Assembly: GCA_004431415.1 (NCBI GenBank)
Contig: QPMI01000129.1
Span: 124,001-188,000, forward strand
Length of the DNA stretch: 64,000 nt
From: Cyanophora paradoxa CCMP329
Lineage: Eukaryota; Plantae; Glaucophyta
Reading direction: 5' to 3'
Shown: positions 49,241 to 62,430 of the stretch, piece after piece
How positions within the stretch are numbered: position 1 is the stretch's first letter
Layout: each line of letters opens with the position of its first letter
The notes under the pieces: model-generated
Seen by the model: only the letters and a program-made list of their open reading frames with translations
Database searches by the model: none
Told to the model about the DNA's origin: nothing
Position numbers and translations under genes: made by a program

Positions 49241-52200
49241 ATGGGCGATTGGACCGGCCGGGCGCGGAGACGAGCGCTGCGCGCAATCGCGCTCCTCGTT
49301 CTAGGTGAGTGCTGCGCTGCGCTATGCAGTCTGCGCTGCGGATCCTCCGACGCACTCGAGCGAGACCGGTTCGAGTCTCCCGGCTCTCTGACGCTCGCCT
49401 GCAGTGCTCGCGTGCGAGGCCACCGGCGGAAGTGGGCCGAATTGGGATTGGAATAACGACCACACAACATACGAGTTAAACGGACGGACTTTTAAACTCT
49501 GTCCGCGTCCCCCTCGATCTAGCCAACCACCGCCGCTTACCGCCTCCTCGCAGCCGATGTTGCAAGCGACGTTTGGATAATCGATTTGAACCTTTACGCT
49601 AGCGATCACGAATACACCGAGATCTCAGTCTGGGAGGACTACGACATTTATGGCATTATGAAATCCGACAGCCTCTCAAAAATAGAGGTGGAGTTGTGCA
49701 ACAGATTGTGGTACAGCGACTCCTATGAAGAGTCCTGCCCTACGGAAGACGTGAAGCTCTGGCGCTTCCAAGCGGTGCTGCTATTTCGCCCTCTCGCACA
49801 GCGCGGCCCTCACCCGCCGCCTCCAGATCCAACGACCGCTCTACTTCCCGCTGGACGGCAATACGACCAAGGGCGCGAGATTGCTCCTCACGGTACGCCT
49901 GCCGCTGCCGCTGACCGGTCGCACCCGCCCCTCACAACGGGGACAGGCGAAGACCCCGTACACTTTCGATCGCCTTTCCTCGTACACCCTAGAAAAAGAG
50001 CTGGGCTGGTTAAACCTCGTGCACCGGCGGCGGCAGCTTCTCCTGTAGGGAGCTTCTCCTGTTCTCACTCGCGTCCCGCAGACTCAGAATACGGCAACTG
50101 GCGGCGACCAGGTTACTTTGTACGGCTACTGGAAAGGATCCAGCGTCTACCAATCGCGTGCGCGGGGACCTGCCAGCTCGCCGGAGGGGATGCCCTGGCT
50201 CACGTGCGGGGGCGGCAGCGCACCTGGCGGGGGCCGGCCTGGAGATGCGGAACTTCCACCCCGACGGGACGGTCGAGGTCGCATCCAAAGAGATCCTGGA
50301 CGGGGGTGCGCGCGATGGCTCCTCCACACGCGTTTGCTGGGCCCGCGCTGACGGGTCTGGCTCGGCAGCGGTGGACCTGAAGCTGACGATCAAGCACCGC
50401 TTCGACCCGAACAACCTCATGAGCGACACGGCGCACTACGTGGAGGAGCTCAGGCGGGTCGTTGCAGCCTACGTCCCCTGCCCCGTTTCCACTGTCCGCC
50501 CGCTTCGTTTTCGTCGTCATCGTTCTCCGACTCACGGCAGGGCCTTCGCAGGTCTTCCTCGCGCGCTTCGAGGGGAGGAACCACGTGGAGCCCAGCGAGG
50601 TCTTGACGACGATCACGTGGGAGGCGCGCGCGCCCCCCGGCTCCCTTCCGCCCGCCCGCCCCGCCCGCGCCTGACGCTCGGCGCGCATGCACTGCAGGTG
50701 CGGCACCCGCAGGCAGACAAGTCCTTCACGGGCAAATCGCGGGGCGCTCTGACGTCTGGCTTTAACTACACGCTCGTCGAGGGCGTCAGCGAGCGCGTCG
50801 CCTCAATCACCGCCGACCGCACCCGTGCGCCCCGCCGCTGTCCGACAGCCGCCCGCGGCTGACGCCGGTGGCGCCAGTTCCCCGCACTGCCCTCGAAACG
50901 CGCGGAGATACCACTAGGGAGCTGTGGCCCGTCGCCGGGGCCGTCCCGGGTGCGGCGTGGCGCATGCGCCACACGCCGCCGCCGCCGCTGAGGGCGCGGC
51001 GCGCTGGCAGAGCCCCAGGCCTCCTCCCTCGTGTTCTACTTCACTACGAACCGCCCGTGGAGGGAGTTCGCCGACGACGCGGACGGCTTCCAGCTGCAGT
51101 GGCGGCGCGCGGTGGCGCGGGGCTGCCTCGGGGGCGAGCACGAGGCCCACCGCGCCGTCTTCCGCCTCTTCCGCCGCGTCGTCGTCGAGTCCTCGGGCGT
51201 CGTCTCCGCCGAGGTCAGCCCGCCGCCCTCCCGCCACGCCTTGCAGAAGGAGCTGCATCTGACGGCGGCGCCGCGCCCGGTGCCGGCAGATGGAGGTGCT
51301 GGTCGAGGACGGTGCGGCGCCGACCGCTGGCCCCTCCGCCCCGGGCTCCAGCCCCGCCTCTGTCGCCGACTGCATCGCCGGCCTCACGGGGCGTCTCGAC
51401 GAGGAGGGCACGGTATGTGATGCTTCGCCCGAGCCGCGCCACGCCGCGTTTACCCACCAGGCGCCCGCGCCCCCGCAGGTCTTCCTAACGCAGCCGAGCC
51501 TCTCCAAACGTGCGTCGCGCCCCGCCGCCGCCGTCCGCGCCCGCCGCCGCGCCGACGCCGCCCCGCCCTGCCCCGCAGCGGCGCTGAGCCCGAGCCCGAC
51601 GACGCCCCCCGCGCCGCCGGCGTCGACGGCGGCGGCGCCCACGACGCCGCCCGCTCCGGTCCCGACGACGGCGCCGGCCGGGAGCAGCGCGCCGGCGCCC
51701 ACGGCGTCCGCGGCGAGCAACGCGGGCGTCACCACGCAGGCGTGGAAGTTCAGCGACGACAAGAAGACGTCCCTCGCCCCCGAGTCCGGCTGTGCGCTCT
51801 GTGTAGTACCCGCGTGCCCCCCCTAACCCCTCCCCTGAACTCTGTACCGCCAGCCACGCCGGCGAACGGGGCGCTGGTCGGCGAGCTCAGCTTCGCGACG
51901 ATGGACTGGGCCAAGTTCATCGGTTCGCACCGCCCCCTTTTCCTTCGCCATCCCCCGTTTCTGAGCCGGCGGCGCGGCAGAGAGCGCGGGCGGCGGCGCG
52001 CTGAAGGGCCTGGAGGCGGCCCAGGGGTGGGCCAAGACCGCCGCCCAGCAACTGGGGATCGCGGAGGGCACGGTACGCGCCCGCCGGAGTCCCGGATCCG
52101 CATCACAACAAGAAGTAGTAGCCTAACTATCGACGGGGGGGCGGCCAGTTCTCGTTCCTGTCGTTCCGGAAGGGGAGCGTGGTGGCGACCTTCCAGGTGC

Positions 52201-53476
52201 TGGCGCCCACGGCGAGCGTCGCCCAGCGCCTCCGCGCCCCCGGCGCCCTCTCCGGCTTCTCCTTCGACGGCCAGCCCTACACCCCCGTCACCACCGTCTC
52301 CAGGGACCGTGCGCGCGCTCTGTTCTGTTTGCTGCGCTGCGCTGCGCCGCGACTGACGCCGCCGCCGGCAGCTACCGGCGGCAGCGGCGGCGGCGGCGGC
52401 GGCACAGGCGGAGGCGGGACGACGACGACGACGCCGGCGCCGAGCTCGGACAGCGGGGGCCTCTCCGGCGCCGCGATCGGGGCGAGTGCCTGCTGGGATC
52501 GCCGAGCAAGGTTCTCGGGGCCGGCGTTGACCCCCGCCGGCGCAGGGCATCGTCGGGGGCGCGATCGGGGGCGTTCTGCTCGTGGGCGTGGTGGGCTTCT
52601 GCGCGTGGCGCGCCGGCGCCTTCGGCGGCTCCGACGACCGCAAGGCCCTCTCTGCGCACCGCGGCGCCCCGGGGGCGCCCGCCATCGAGATGTACCCCCC
52701 GTCCGCCCAGGGGCCCCAGGGGGCCTCGGCGCCGCCCCTCCCGCGGCTGGACCTGCTGCGGGGGACGCCGCAAGACCCGTCGGCCCCGCCGCAGCGGGGC
52801 CCGATGCCGCCGACGCCGCCGCCGCTGGTGGGGCGCAACCCCTCGCAGCCGGCGATCGTCCTCCCGGGCCCCCTGGCGACCCCGGGGCGCGACGGCCGCT
52901 CGGCCTTCCCCGGGCGCCGCAGCGAGAGCGACGGCATCGACCTGCCGCCCCTCCCCGAGCTCCACGACTCCGTGCGGGCCCCCGCCGCCGTGGCCCACCG
53001 CCCCGCCCCTCCGCCCCGGCCGCCCCGCCGGCGGCGGCGGCGGCGGCGAGCAGCCCGGAGGACGTGACGATCCGAGTGCCGGAGGACGCCCTATCGTGCC
53101 CCGTCTGCCTCGAGATGTACAACCGCCAGCTCGCCCGCACCGCCCAGGTCCTCGCCTGCGGGTGCGCCCCCTCCACGCTTCCTCCCCTCTCAATAAGGAG
53201 GGCGTGAGGCCAACCTGCGGCGGGGGGATGCGATGGCAGGCACACGATCTGTCTGGTGTGCGTGTCGAAGATGGGCGGCATCGACCAGCCGCCCCGCCTG
53301 TGCCCCCTCTGCCGCGTGGTGCGCCCGCCCGAACGCCGCCCGCCCACGCGCCCTGGCGGCGCCCCGCCGGCTGGGTACCCGGTCTGACGCCGACGCGCCC
53401 CGCCCGGGGGCGCGCGCAGCCCTTCCACCCGGACCAGCTGCGGCAGAACCAGGCCCTCATGGCCCTCCTCCCGTAG
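49241..53476 (+). CDS. Type I membrane protein: signal peptide, ectodomain, mucin-like stalk, SEA-like module, TM and cytoplasmic RING-HC finger
   Basis: ALRAIALLVL signal; T/P/A-rich stalk; FLSFRKGSVVATFQV; TM GIVGGAIGGVLLVGVVGFCAW; CPVC...LACG|HTICLVC...CPLCR (C3HC4). A single gene is assumed. Confidence 0.7.
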
Positions 53477-54040
53477 CCCCGCCCCGGCCCCCTGCCCCGC
53501 CCCCTCACGCGTAAGCTTCCGGATCCTCCCCCCGGCCGCGGGATCCCCGCGGCCGCGCGCGAGCGTAGGTATCGCCGCGCGCTCTAGCTCGCGCTTTTTC
53601 TTGCCCTTTTGCTTCGACTCTGTGCGCGGCTTCGGCCGTCATGGCGTAGTCCTTGCCGACGGCTGCCTGCGCCTCTAGATCTTTGCGTGCTTTGCGAGCA
53701 GCTGCAGGCTTAGGCCTAAACCTAGGTAGTCTAGTTGTGTAAGATGTAGCCCTAAGCGTTGTTTTTTAATCTGAAACTCTAGTTCCCCAGGCCGCGCTGC
53801 GCATGCGGCGGCCGACCAGCCAGCCTCCTTCAACGCATCTACCCCCCTAGGCCTCGAACGTGCAGGCGCCCCGGCCCGGCCGCGTAGCTCCACAGCAGGC
53901 GTTGTCGATTGCTCTATTCGCCTCGTGGTGCAGGAGATCTAACGTTAACCCTCTGAAAGCCAGAGCAGGGGCGCCGCCCAGCAGCTTAGCTCGCGGCCTC
54001 GCCGCCGGGCGGCTGGTGCCGGAGAACATAGCTCGAGCAA

Positions 54041-54982
54041 ATGGACAAAGTAACGGTGAGAAGAGCGCCGCAATGCTCCGTCGCCGTCGCTGGGCTCTGC
54101 AGTGAGTCTGCACCGGCGCAACTGACGTTCGCTCGTGTGGCGGCTACCGCGGCGCAGGCAACGCTGGTGGTGCAGCCGGGGCCCATGCGGCTGGCAGAGA
54201 GGGTGAGTGCGGGCCCGGAGCGCACCGGCGGCGCGTACGTCCCGCATTCGACGGTCGCCGACGCTCGCCGGCAGATAGCGCAGTTCGCGGGCCTCGGAAG
54301 CGAGGGCTCGGAGCTCACGATGAAGAAGTTCAACGCGAACATCTCGTCGGCGTTGCGCGCCGTGCGTGCGAGGCTCCTCTGCGACCGCGCCGTTGCATCT
54401 GAGGCGCCGGCGGCGGCAAGCAGGGCGCGGAGGACGAGCTGGGGACGTGGATCCTGGACAGCCGCGGGATGAACCTCGCGCCCATCTCGCAGGGCGACTT
54501 CGAGTACGCCGACGCCGACGGCAACGGGAAGGTCGGCAGCCCGCGCCGCCCCGGCGCCCCCGTCTGGCCTCGCCGCTCCCGGCGCCAGCGTCGCTGATGG
54601 GCGCGCTTCTGATTCGCGCAGCTCTCCAGGCACGAGTTCCTGCTCGCTGGCCTCTCCAACTGGCTCATCGGGCCCGACGTGCGCACCCCGCCCCTCGCGC
54701 GCGCCTCTGCCCCCGGCCCGGCCGGCCCGCCCCGGCGGCCGACGGCCCGCGCAGGGGGCGCCTGTCGAGCTGCCGCCGTCGCTAGAGGCGCAGCTGGACG
54801 CCGAGGGCCCGCCGGAGCCCGAGCTCCCCGTGGAGGAGGAGGCCGCGGCCGCCGGCCCGTACGCGTGGGCCCTGGCCCCGGCTCTGGCTCAGGGCTCCGA
54901 CGTCGCCGAGGAGTGCGGCGAGGAGCTTGGCTGGGCCTCCGCCCACTGCGCCGAGGAGGCCGCCGCGTCCGCTTGGATATAG
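54041..54982 (+). CDS. EF-hand protein, acidic family
   Basis: DFEYADADGNGK|LSRHEFL is an EF-hand split by an intron; the C-terminus is acidic. The start is uncertain. Confidence 0.55.
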
Positions 54983-55638
54983 CCGCCGCGTCGGCTTGGA
55001 TGGATTTTGTAGAGATCTAGAATTCGAAGACCACGCACGTCGATAAGGACGCAGGGTCGCAATCGATATGTCGATATGTATAGCTACCGTACGCGTACGC
55101 CGACGGCGCGCGCTGGCGCCCGCGGCCGAGCTCCGCGGCGCCCCGGCGCCGGCCTGCGCCCGGCCGCAGCGCTAGCGCGGCGCCGGCAAGTGCTAGCGTG
55201 CGGGCGCTAGCTCAGCGGCGGGCTGGCGCGCTGTTTTCGAGTCGAATCGCCAGCTGTTTTCGTCTCTGCTACGTATACCAGCCTGGCAGGAGACGGAACG
55301 ATTAGGTCAGTACCCCCCGGGGCCAAGCGAGCGGCTTCGACCGCCCTTCGCGCGCCACACGCTCGTTCAAGGTACGCAGAAGCGCCTTAGCCGATTGTTT
55401 TACAGTTGAAGACGAGTTCGGAGCCTGAGGACCGTTAGTAACCGACTCGGCACTCCCCGGCATATATAGCGCACGAACCTCGAAACTGTGCTTCACCATA
55501 TCGCCCTTCCTCGTGCCCTCGGCTGTTCGCCGGCCGCACGGCCGCGCATTCTCGTCAACCGCCCCCCGACCCGCCAGCCGCGGCCAGCCTCCTATCGGCG
55601 CTCACTCGGCGCGTAACTCCGCGCAGGTCGATCGAAAC

Positions 55639-58377
55639 ATGCGTCTCCGCTTCGGAACCCCCTCCACCGTCCCGGCAGCGCCGCCACCGCCGGCGGCCGC
55701 GGCGCCGGCGCCGAAGGTGGCGGCGCCGTCGGTCGTGGCTGCGCTCGCAGGGAAGGCCGCCGCCGCCCCGCCCCCGCCTCCGCCCCCGCCTCCGCCGGCG
55801 CCGGCGGCGGTGGAGCAGAACTCGCTGAAGGCGTTCGCGGCGTACATGGCGGCCCTGAGCAAGCAGCCAGCCCCCGCCCCCGCCCCCAAGAAGGAGGAGG
55901 AGGAGAAGGAGGAGGAGCCGAAGGAGGCGGCGGAGGAGAAGGCCGACGCCGCCGCCGGCGAGGAGGACGCGGAGGAGGACGCGGCCGGCGAGGAGGCCGC
56001 TGACGAGGAGGCGGAGGGGGGCGCCGGCAAGGAGGAGGAGGGCGAGGAGGAGGGTGGCGAGGAGGAGGCGGAGGCAGAGGCGGAGGAGGGCGAGGGGGCG
56101 GCCGAGGAGGAGGAGGTTGACGGGGGCGCGGAAGTTCCGGCCCCCGCCCCCGCCCCCGTCGCTGTGGCCGCCGCCGTCGCCCCCGCGAACGCCTTCGTCT
56201 ACCCTCCCAACCCGCCCCCCATCGTCGTCGCCAACCCCTCGCCGGCCCCGCCCCCGCCCCGCCTGCCGCGCAGGCCGCCCCCCGGCGCCCAGCGGCACCG
56301 CGCCGCCGCCGCCGCCGCCGGTTGCTGTGCCGGCCCCGCCGCCGCCGCCGCCCGCCGCGCCGGCGTCCGAGACCGCGCCGCCGGCGCCGGCCGCGGAGCC
56401 GGAGGCCGAGGTGGCCGAGGAGGCCGAGGGCGAGGAGGAGGCCGCGGAGCCTGAGCCCGAGGAGGCGGAGGAGGCCGAGGCGGAGGAGGCCGAGGCGGAG
56501 GCGGAGGAGGAGGGGGCCGTCGAGATCCCCTCGCTGCCCTCCCTCGAGTCCCTCGACGCCGAGGCGCGCCCCCGGCCCTCGCGCACCCCTGGCCCCCCGG
56601 CCCGCCCCGCCCCGCCTGAGACGCTCGCCCCGCAGGAGGCGTTTGCGATGGCGGACGTGGACCCCGCCGACGGGCACCTCTCCAAGGACGAGTTCACCAC
56701 CCTCGGCCCGCCCCGCCCCGCCCCGCCCCGCTGCTCGGCGCTGACGTCGCGGGGCAGCGAACGCGCTGCGGCACAGCGGGCCGGCGGTGGCGCCGGAGGA
56801 GCCCGAGGCGGAGGGCGGGTCGCTGGCGCGGGAGCTGGGCCCGGGCCCGCTGGACGGGGTGCCGGGGGCGGGGGAGGCCTCGCGGGGCGTCGAGATCACG
56901 GGGGCCGGGGGCGAGGGCCCCGCCGTCCTCTCCTTCTCCGAAATGTCCATCACCTACCAGGCCCGCCGTACCCCCCGCCCTCCGCCCCCCGGGGGGGGGC
57001 CCGCAGGTCGCTCCCTTCCCGCAGCGCTGATGTGCCCGTCGTCTCTGCCGCAGCTGCCCAAGTTCTGCGGCGTCCACCCCGGCGGCATCGCGCTTGACTT
57101 CGAGCACATGTGCGGGCCCCCTCCTCCGCCCCTTCGACGAGGTCCCCCCTCGCATCTGACCGCGGGCGGGGCGGGCGGGGCGGGCAGCAACCACAACATT
57201 AACGTCGCAAAGGCCGTGGCCGCGATCACCCCGGAGGCCTCGGACGACGCCGTCGGCCGCTTCATCACCCCCATGACCCCCGTGCGCCAGGCGCCCCCTC
57301 TTCCTCCTTCTCGGCGCCCTGAGGCGCGTTCCCGGCCGCCCGGCAGGCGGACTTCGAAGCGATTGACGCCAACCACGACGCCCTCATCGACTACCCCGAG
57401 CTCGCCGTGCGCACCGTACCCGCCTCTCTGCCTGCCCCTTCCCCTCTCCGAGCTCAGCCCATCCGTCGTTTCTGCAGGGCCACCTCGCGGTACCCCGCTC
57501 CCTCCCCCCCCTTCGCCCCTCCCTCCCTCCCCGTTCCACCCCCTGACCCCGGCGGCAGCCGTCGGTCTTCTCGCGCTGGGCCCCCGAGTCGGGTGGGCCC
57601 CTCGTTCTCTGATCGGCTCTTTCAGGTCTAACGTCCCTGTGGCTTGCAGGCGAGCTGATCGACCGGCTGGCGGCCAAGGCCGGCCTCGCGCGCCCGGGCT
57701 CGGCCGTCACCTACGCCGACATCGAGCGCGCCTTCGCCCCGCCCGGCGTCCGCCCCGCACCCCGCCCCTTGGTCTGTCCCGCTAGCTGCCTGACTGTCGC
57801 GTCGCAGACGGGCCCGTTCCCGGCGGCGGCGGACCAGCTGGACCTCTTCATCAACGCGGCGCCGCCGCTGGGCCCGGGCCCCATGCCCCGCGCCGACTTC
57901 GACGAGGCCGACACCGACAACGACGGCAAGGCGCGCGCGCCCCGCTCCGCTCCGCTCCGCTCCGGCTTCTTCGTCTGACAGGCGGCTCCCCGCAGCTGAC
58001 GCACGAGGAGTACTACGCGTTCGCGCTGCGGGAGATCTCCGGCGCCGACGAGGACTACGACGAGGAGGCCGAGGAGGCCGCCGCCGCCGTCGCCTCCGCT
58101 GCCGTGCGCCCGCTTCATCCAGCTGCGCCCCGCTCGCTCTCTCGCTCCCCTTCTCAGCGTCGTCCTCGCAGGAAAATCTGCCCGCCGCCTCGGATGCCCC
58201 GGCCCCCGCCAGCGGTGCCGCCGAGGTGCGGGGCCGGCTGTCCCTTGTGGCACCGCTTGAAAGCGTCGAACTGACGCCGCCGCGCGGGGAAAGCAGGAGG
58301 CGGCCGGCGCGCCGGAGGAGGAGGAGGAGGGCGGCGCCGACGCCGCTTTCGCCGACGACGGCTTCTCGTACCTCTGA
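55639..58377 (+). CDS. Large Ala/Glu/Pro-rich EF-hand protein
   Basis: FAMADVDPADGHLSKDEF, DFEAIDANHDALIDYPEL and DFDEADTDNDGK|LTHEEY; ends FADDGFSYL*. The start is uncertain. Confidence 0.7.
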
Positions 58378-58493
58378 TCTCCCCGCTCCCCCGCGCTTCG
58401 CATTGGGTCCTGCTGAGGCCACAATGTGCAGTAAGGCTCAATGCATGTTAATGTGCGTACAAGAGCCAGAGCGACTGCCGGTGCTGGGCTGCT

Positions 58494-59718
58494 CTACTTG
58501 CGCCGGGGCTTGGCCTTGCCCTTCGCAGGCGGCGGGAGGGCCTTCGGCTTCGTCTTTGCTGCCTTCGCATTCGCAGCCGCGCCGCGCTTCGCCGCCGGCT
58601 TGCGCCCGCCGCCGGCCGCCCGCACCAGCGCGGAGGCGGGCGCCGGCGCGGGCGCCGCGTGGGGCGGGGGCTCCCGCGCCGAAGACGCCGCGGACGTCTG
58701 CGCATGCGCGGACCGGAGGGGCGATGAGCACAAGCGCTTGCAATTGTGCCTGCCACAGAACAGATCCAAGCAAGCGCGCGGGCTCCCCTCACCTCCGAGG
58801 TGTTGAGGACGTACGTGGCGACGCCGGGGACCAGCTCTGCGGACTGGCTGTCGCCATTCCAGCCCGCTGCAGCCGAAGCGCGTGCGCCCGCCTCGCGCGC
58901 CTCGGCAGCCGCGGCGCGCGCCTCGGCCGCAGTCGCGCGCGCCTCGGCATTCGCAGCGGCGAACACGGCCTGTCGCGCGAGCGCATCAGCAAATTAAACA
59001 AATTGTGCGTCAACATGCAATTGCAATATCCAGACGCAGCGTACCGCATCCGCCCGCGCGGCCTCGCGTTTCGCGCGCTCGTCCGCTTCAGCGGCGACCG
59101 CAGCGAACTGAGAGCGCACCGTGCGCGCTAAATTAGCTCCCCTAACGTTGAGATTTCATGCGCGCGAGGTACGGCCGTGGTCGAATTACCTCGTCGCAAA
59201 GGTTCGCGGCCTCCATCTTCGAGCGCGAGGCCCGCTGCTCCGTACGCTCTAAATCTCGGCCAGCGAGGAGCAGCTTCTGCGCTCGCCGCGGCCAGGTCAA
59301 TGGCCAGGCCAATCCTTCTCGAGGAACAGACCGCGTTACGAACATTTGCCAGAAGTTCCAGTGCCCGGTCGAGAATCGCCTGCAAAGGGTGTGTGCGAAG
59401 GATCAGCGAGAGTTGAACAGCGGCTCGCGCGCGCGCGCGCTTGCAATTGGGCATTGCGCATACAATCGGCGCGCGCCGGCTAGAGCTCGCGCGCGGGGTG
59501 ACGAGAGCAGCAGAGCGTGCACGTGCAGCATGCGGCACAAGCGCACCTCAACGGAAGGATCGCGCGTCGGAGACGAGCGAGCCTCGGCCGATCCGTAGCT
59601 TGAGCCGTCAACGTCGTCTGCAATTCGAATTGGGCAACGGCGAGCGAGGGGCGGGCGCAGAGGACACGGGCCTTCATAGTCTTCGCCGAACGCGTCGAGG
59701 GGCTCGGGGACGCTCCGC
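58494..59718 (-). CDS. Hypothetical Ala-rich coiled-coil protein with basic C-terminus
   Basis: Coding-like exons (QAILDRALELLANVR; AAEADERAKREAAR; AEARATAAEARAAAAEAREA; KTKPKALPPPAKGKAKPRRK*). The gene model is uncertain. Confidence 0.4.
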
Positions 59719-60074
59719 ATGTTTGGAGATGATGGCCGGGTACTGGTCCGATTCGCGGCTGGGGGGTACAGTCGGCTCGTACCGGAAGGTGAGAAGGCTT
59801 TAGCAGCGGTCCGAATCCCGTGCCCGTGCTTTCCCCGAATCCCGCGCCGAAGCCGACGCGTTCTGGGTGTTCTTGCGGGCATCCGTCGTCGAGGCCGTTA
59901 GGCGGTCTGCAGTTTTGTGAGGCGTCGCTAATGCTGGTCGGCGCAGTTCGTTTAAAGACACCAAGATGACTCAGCTCTCGGCGTCGGAGCTGAGTGCGTC
60001 GTTTTCCGCAAAGCATTTCCCGCCCCTGCTTACAACCGCCCGGCCGCGGCGACCAAACAGAGCAGCTTCGCGAC

Positions 60075-60902
60075 ATGGCGACGAACTTTGTCTTCGGTGA
60101 TGATGCGGAGGTGCGCCTCCGCCCGCTGGCCCGCCCATTTGCGTTCGCTCATTCGGAGGGTCGGCGGTTAGAAGTACACGTGGGAGCAGTACAGCCAGCA
60201 CATCAAGGCGATTCAGGGCGGTAAGCTCACCGAGGGCCAGAAGTGGCTCGTCGAGAAGTGCGAGTTCGACTCGGTACGGTTGCCCTCCCTCCGAACCGCC
60301 CGCTGCGCACCCCTCCGCCGACTCGCGCCCGCAGCACAAGTTCATGGCCCTGGACAGCGCCCCCGCTGACGGCCGCCTGAGCCTTAAGGAGTTCCACAAG
60401 CACAGTGCGCGAAGTGCCGGGTCGCGAAGCGCAGCGTGCGCGAGCCGACGCGGCTGTTGCGCAGTCGATGGCATGAAGGACCTGGCTTCGCACGTGAACT
60501 CCGCGGCCGTCGAGGGCCTGCCCGTCGACGTGCGCCCGCCCGCCGGCCCCTCCCTCGCGCTGCTGCCCTCGTGCGGCGCCGTGCCGATGGCCGCCGCGCA
60601 GATGTTCGGCGCCGCCGCCCCGGCTGCGGAGCCGGCGGCCCCAGTGGAGGAGGAGCCGGCGGCCCCGGTGGAGGAGAAGCCGGCGGCTGAGCCCGTCACC
60701 GAGGAGCCCGCGAAGCCGACTGAGGAGGAGGCGGCCGAGGAGGAGGCGACCGAGGAGGAGGCTGCCGCCGACGCCGAGGGCGCTGACGCCGAGGAGGAGG
60801 AGGAGGAGGAGGAGGAGGAGGACGATGATGAGGATGATGAGGGTGAGCGGGGGCTCTTAAAGTTTTAAAGCTCTCGCCTTTGGTAAAGACCCCGCGGCCG
60901 CA

Positions 60903-60937
<35 letters not shown>

Positions 60938-62430
60938 TGATGATGACGATGACGATGAGGAGGAGGAGGAGGAGGAGGAGGGCGAGGAGGCCGAGGCCGA
61001 GGCGGAGGGCGAGGAGGAGGCCGAGGCCGAGGAGGCTGCCCGCGACGTGAGCGGGGGCGCTTGTGGGGGCGAGGTGGCTGTGCGCGGGCCCTGAGGCGGG
61101 GCGCACGCAGTTGCCGGCGCTGACCCTCGACGACTACAAGGCGCTGGAGGCGTCGGACCCCGCGGCGCTCAACGCGCAGGTGGGCGAGGGCGGGCGTCCT
61201 CCACGGCCCCTGCGCCCGCGCGGCTGACGGGCGGGGCGGGCAGCTGGCGACGTTCCTGGGCCTGGAGGAGGGCGCGGCCGGGAAGAGCTTCGACGAGATC
61301 AACGAGGTGATCAAGACGAAGAGCGCGGCCCCCAACAAGAGCGCCTTCGAGCAGTACGCCTTCGAGGTCAAGGCTCTCTCCCCCATCCCCGACGTGCGCC
61401 CGCCCCGCCCCGTCCCTTCCTGTGCTCGCGTGCGCGCCGGCCCGGCTCACGCGACGTTTCTCTTCGGGCGGGGCAGGAGGCCCGCAGCTTCCTCGACGCC
61501 AACGGCGACAAGGTCCTCGACTACTCCGAGCTCATCGGCGCCCTCTCCGCCGTGCGCCCGCCCCCGGCCAGCGCCATCGATCATCTCAGTCCGCTGACGG
61601 GGCCGTTCCGCGCCGCCGCAGAGCCCGTCGGAGGAGGCCCCGGCGCCCGCCCCGGAGGCCCCCGCGCCCGAGGAGGCCCCCGCGCCCGCCCCGGAGGCTC
61701 CCGTGCCCGCCCCGGAGGCTCCCGCGCCCGAGGAGGCCCCCGCGCCTGCCCCGGAGGCCCCCGCGCCCGAGGAGGCTGCCGAGGAGGAGGAGACTGATGA
61801 TAAGGAGGAGGACGAGACTGATGATGAGGAGGAGGAGGAGGAGACCACCGAGGAGGCGGCCGCGGGCGAGACCGAGGAGGCCGAGGCGGAGGAGACCGCC
61901 GAGGCTGAGACCGCCGAGGCCGAGACCGAGGAGGCCGAGGCCGCTGAGGCCGAGACCGAGGAGACCGAGGCCGCTGAGGCCGCCGAGGGCGAGGAGGTCG
62001 AGGCCGAGGCTGATGATGAGGAGGAGGAGGCCGAGGGCGAGGAGGCCGAGGCCGAGGAGGCCGCGACCGACGAGGAGGCGGACGCGACCGAGGAGGCCGC
62101 CGAGGAGGACAAGGAGGAGGAGGCCGCCCCGGCTCCCGCGCCGGCTGGCACGCCCGCCTCGGAGGCCGACGCGCCGGCGTCGGAGGAGGAGGGCAAGGAG
62201 GAGGAGGAGGAGGAGACCGAGGAGGTGGACATGTCCGAGCTCGCGTACGCCATCGGCGACGCCCCCGTCGAGTCCGGCGCCGGCTCCTCGTGCATCGTGC
62301 GCCCCGCCCCGCCCCGCCCCGCCCCGCCCGCCAGCCCCGCCGACTCGCCGCCGTGCAGGAGGCGTCCGAGGAGGCGATCCCGGCCGAGGAGGTCGCCGAC
62401 TTCGCCGATGACGGTTTCTCGTACCTGTAA
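60075..62430 (+). CDS. Large Glu/Asp/Ala-rich EF-hand protein (paralogue of 55639-58377)
   Basis: FMALDSAPADGRLSLKEF and FLDANGDKVLDYSEL with long E/D tracts; ends AEEVADFADDGFSYL*. Confidence 0.75.
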
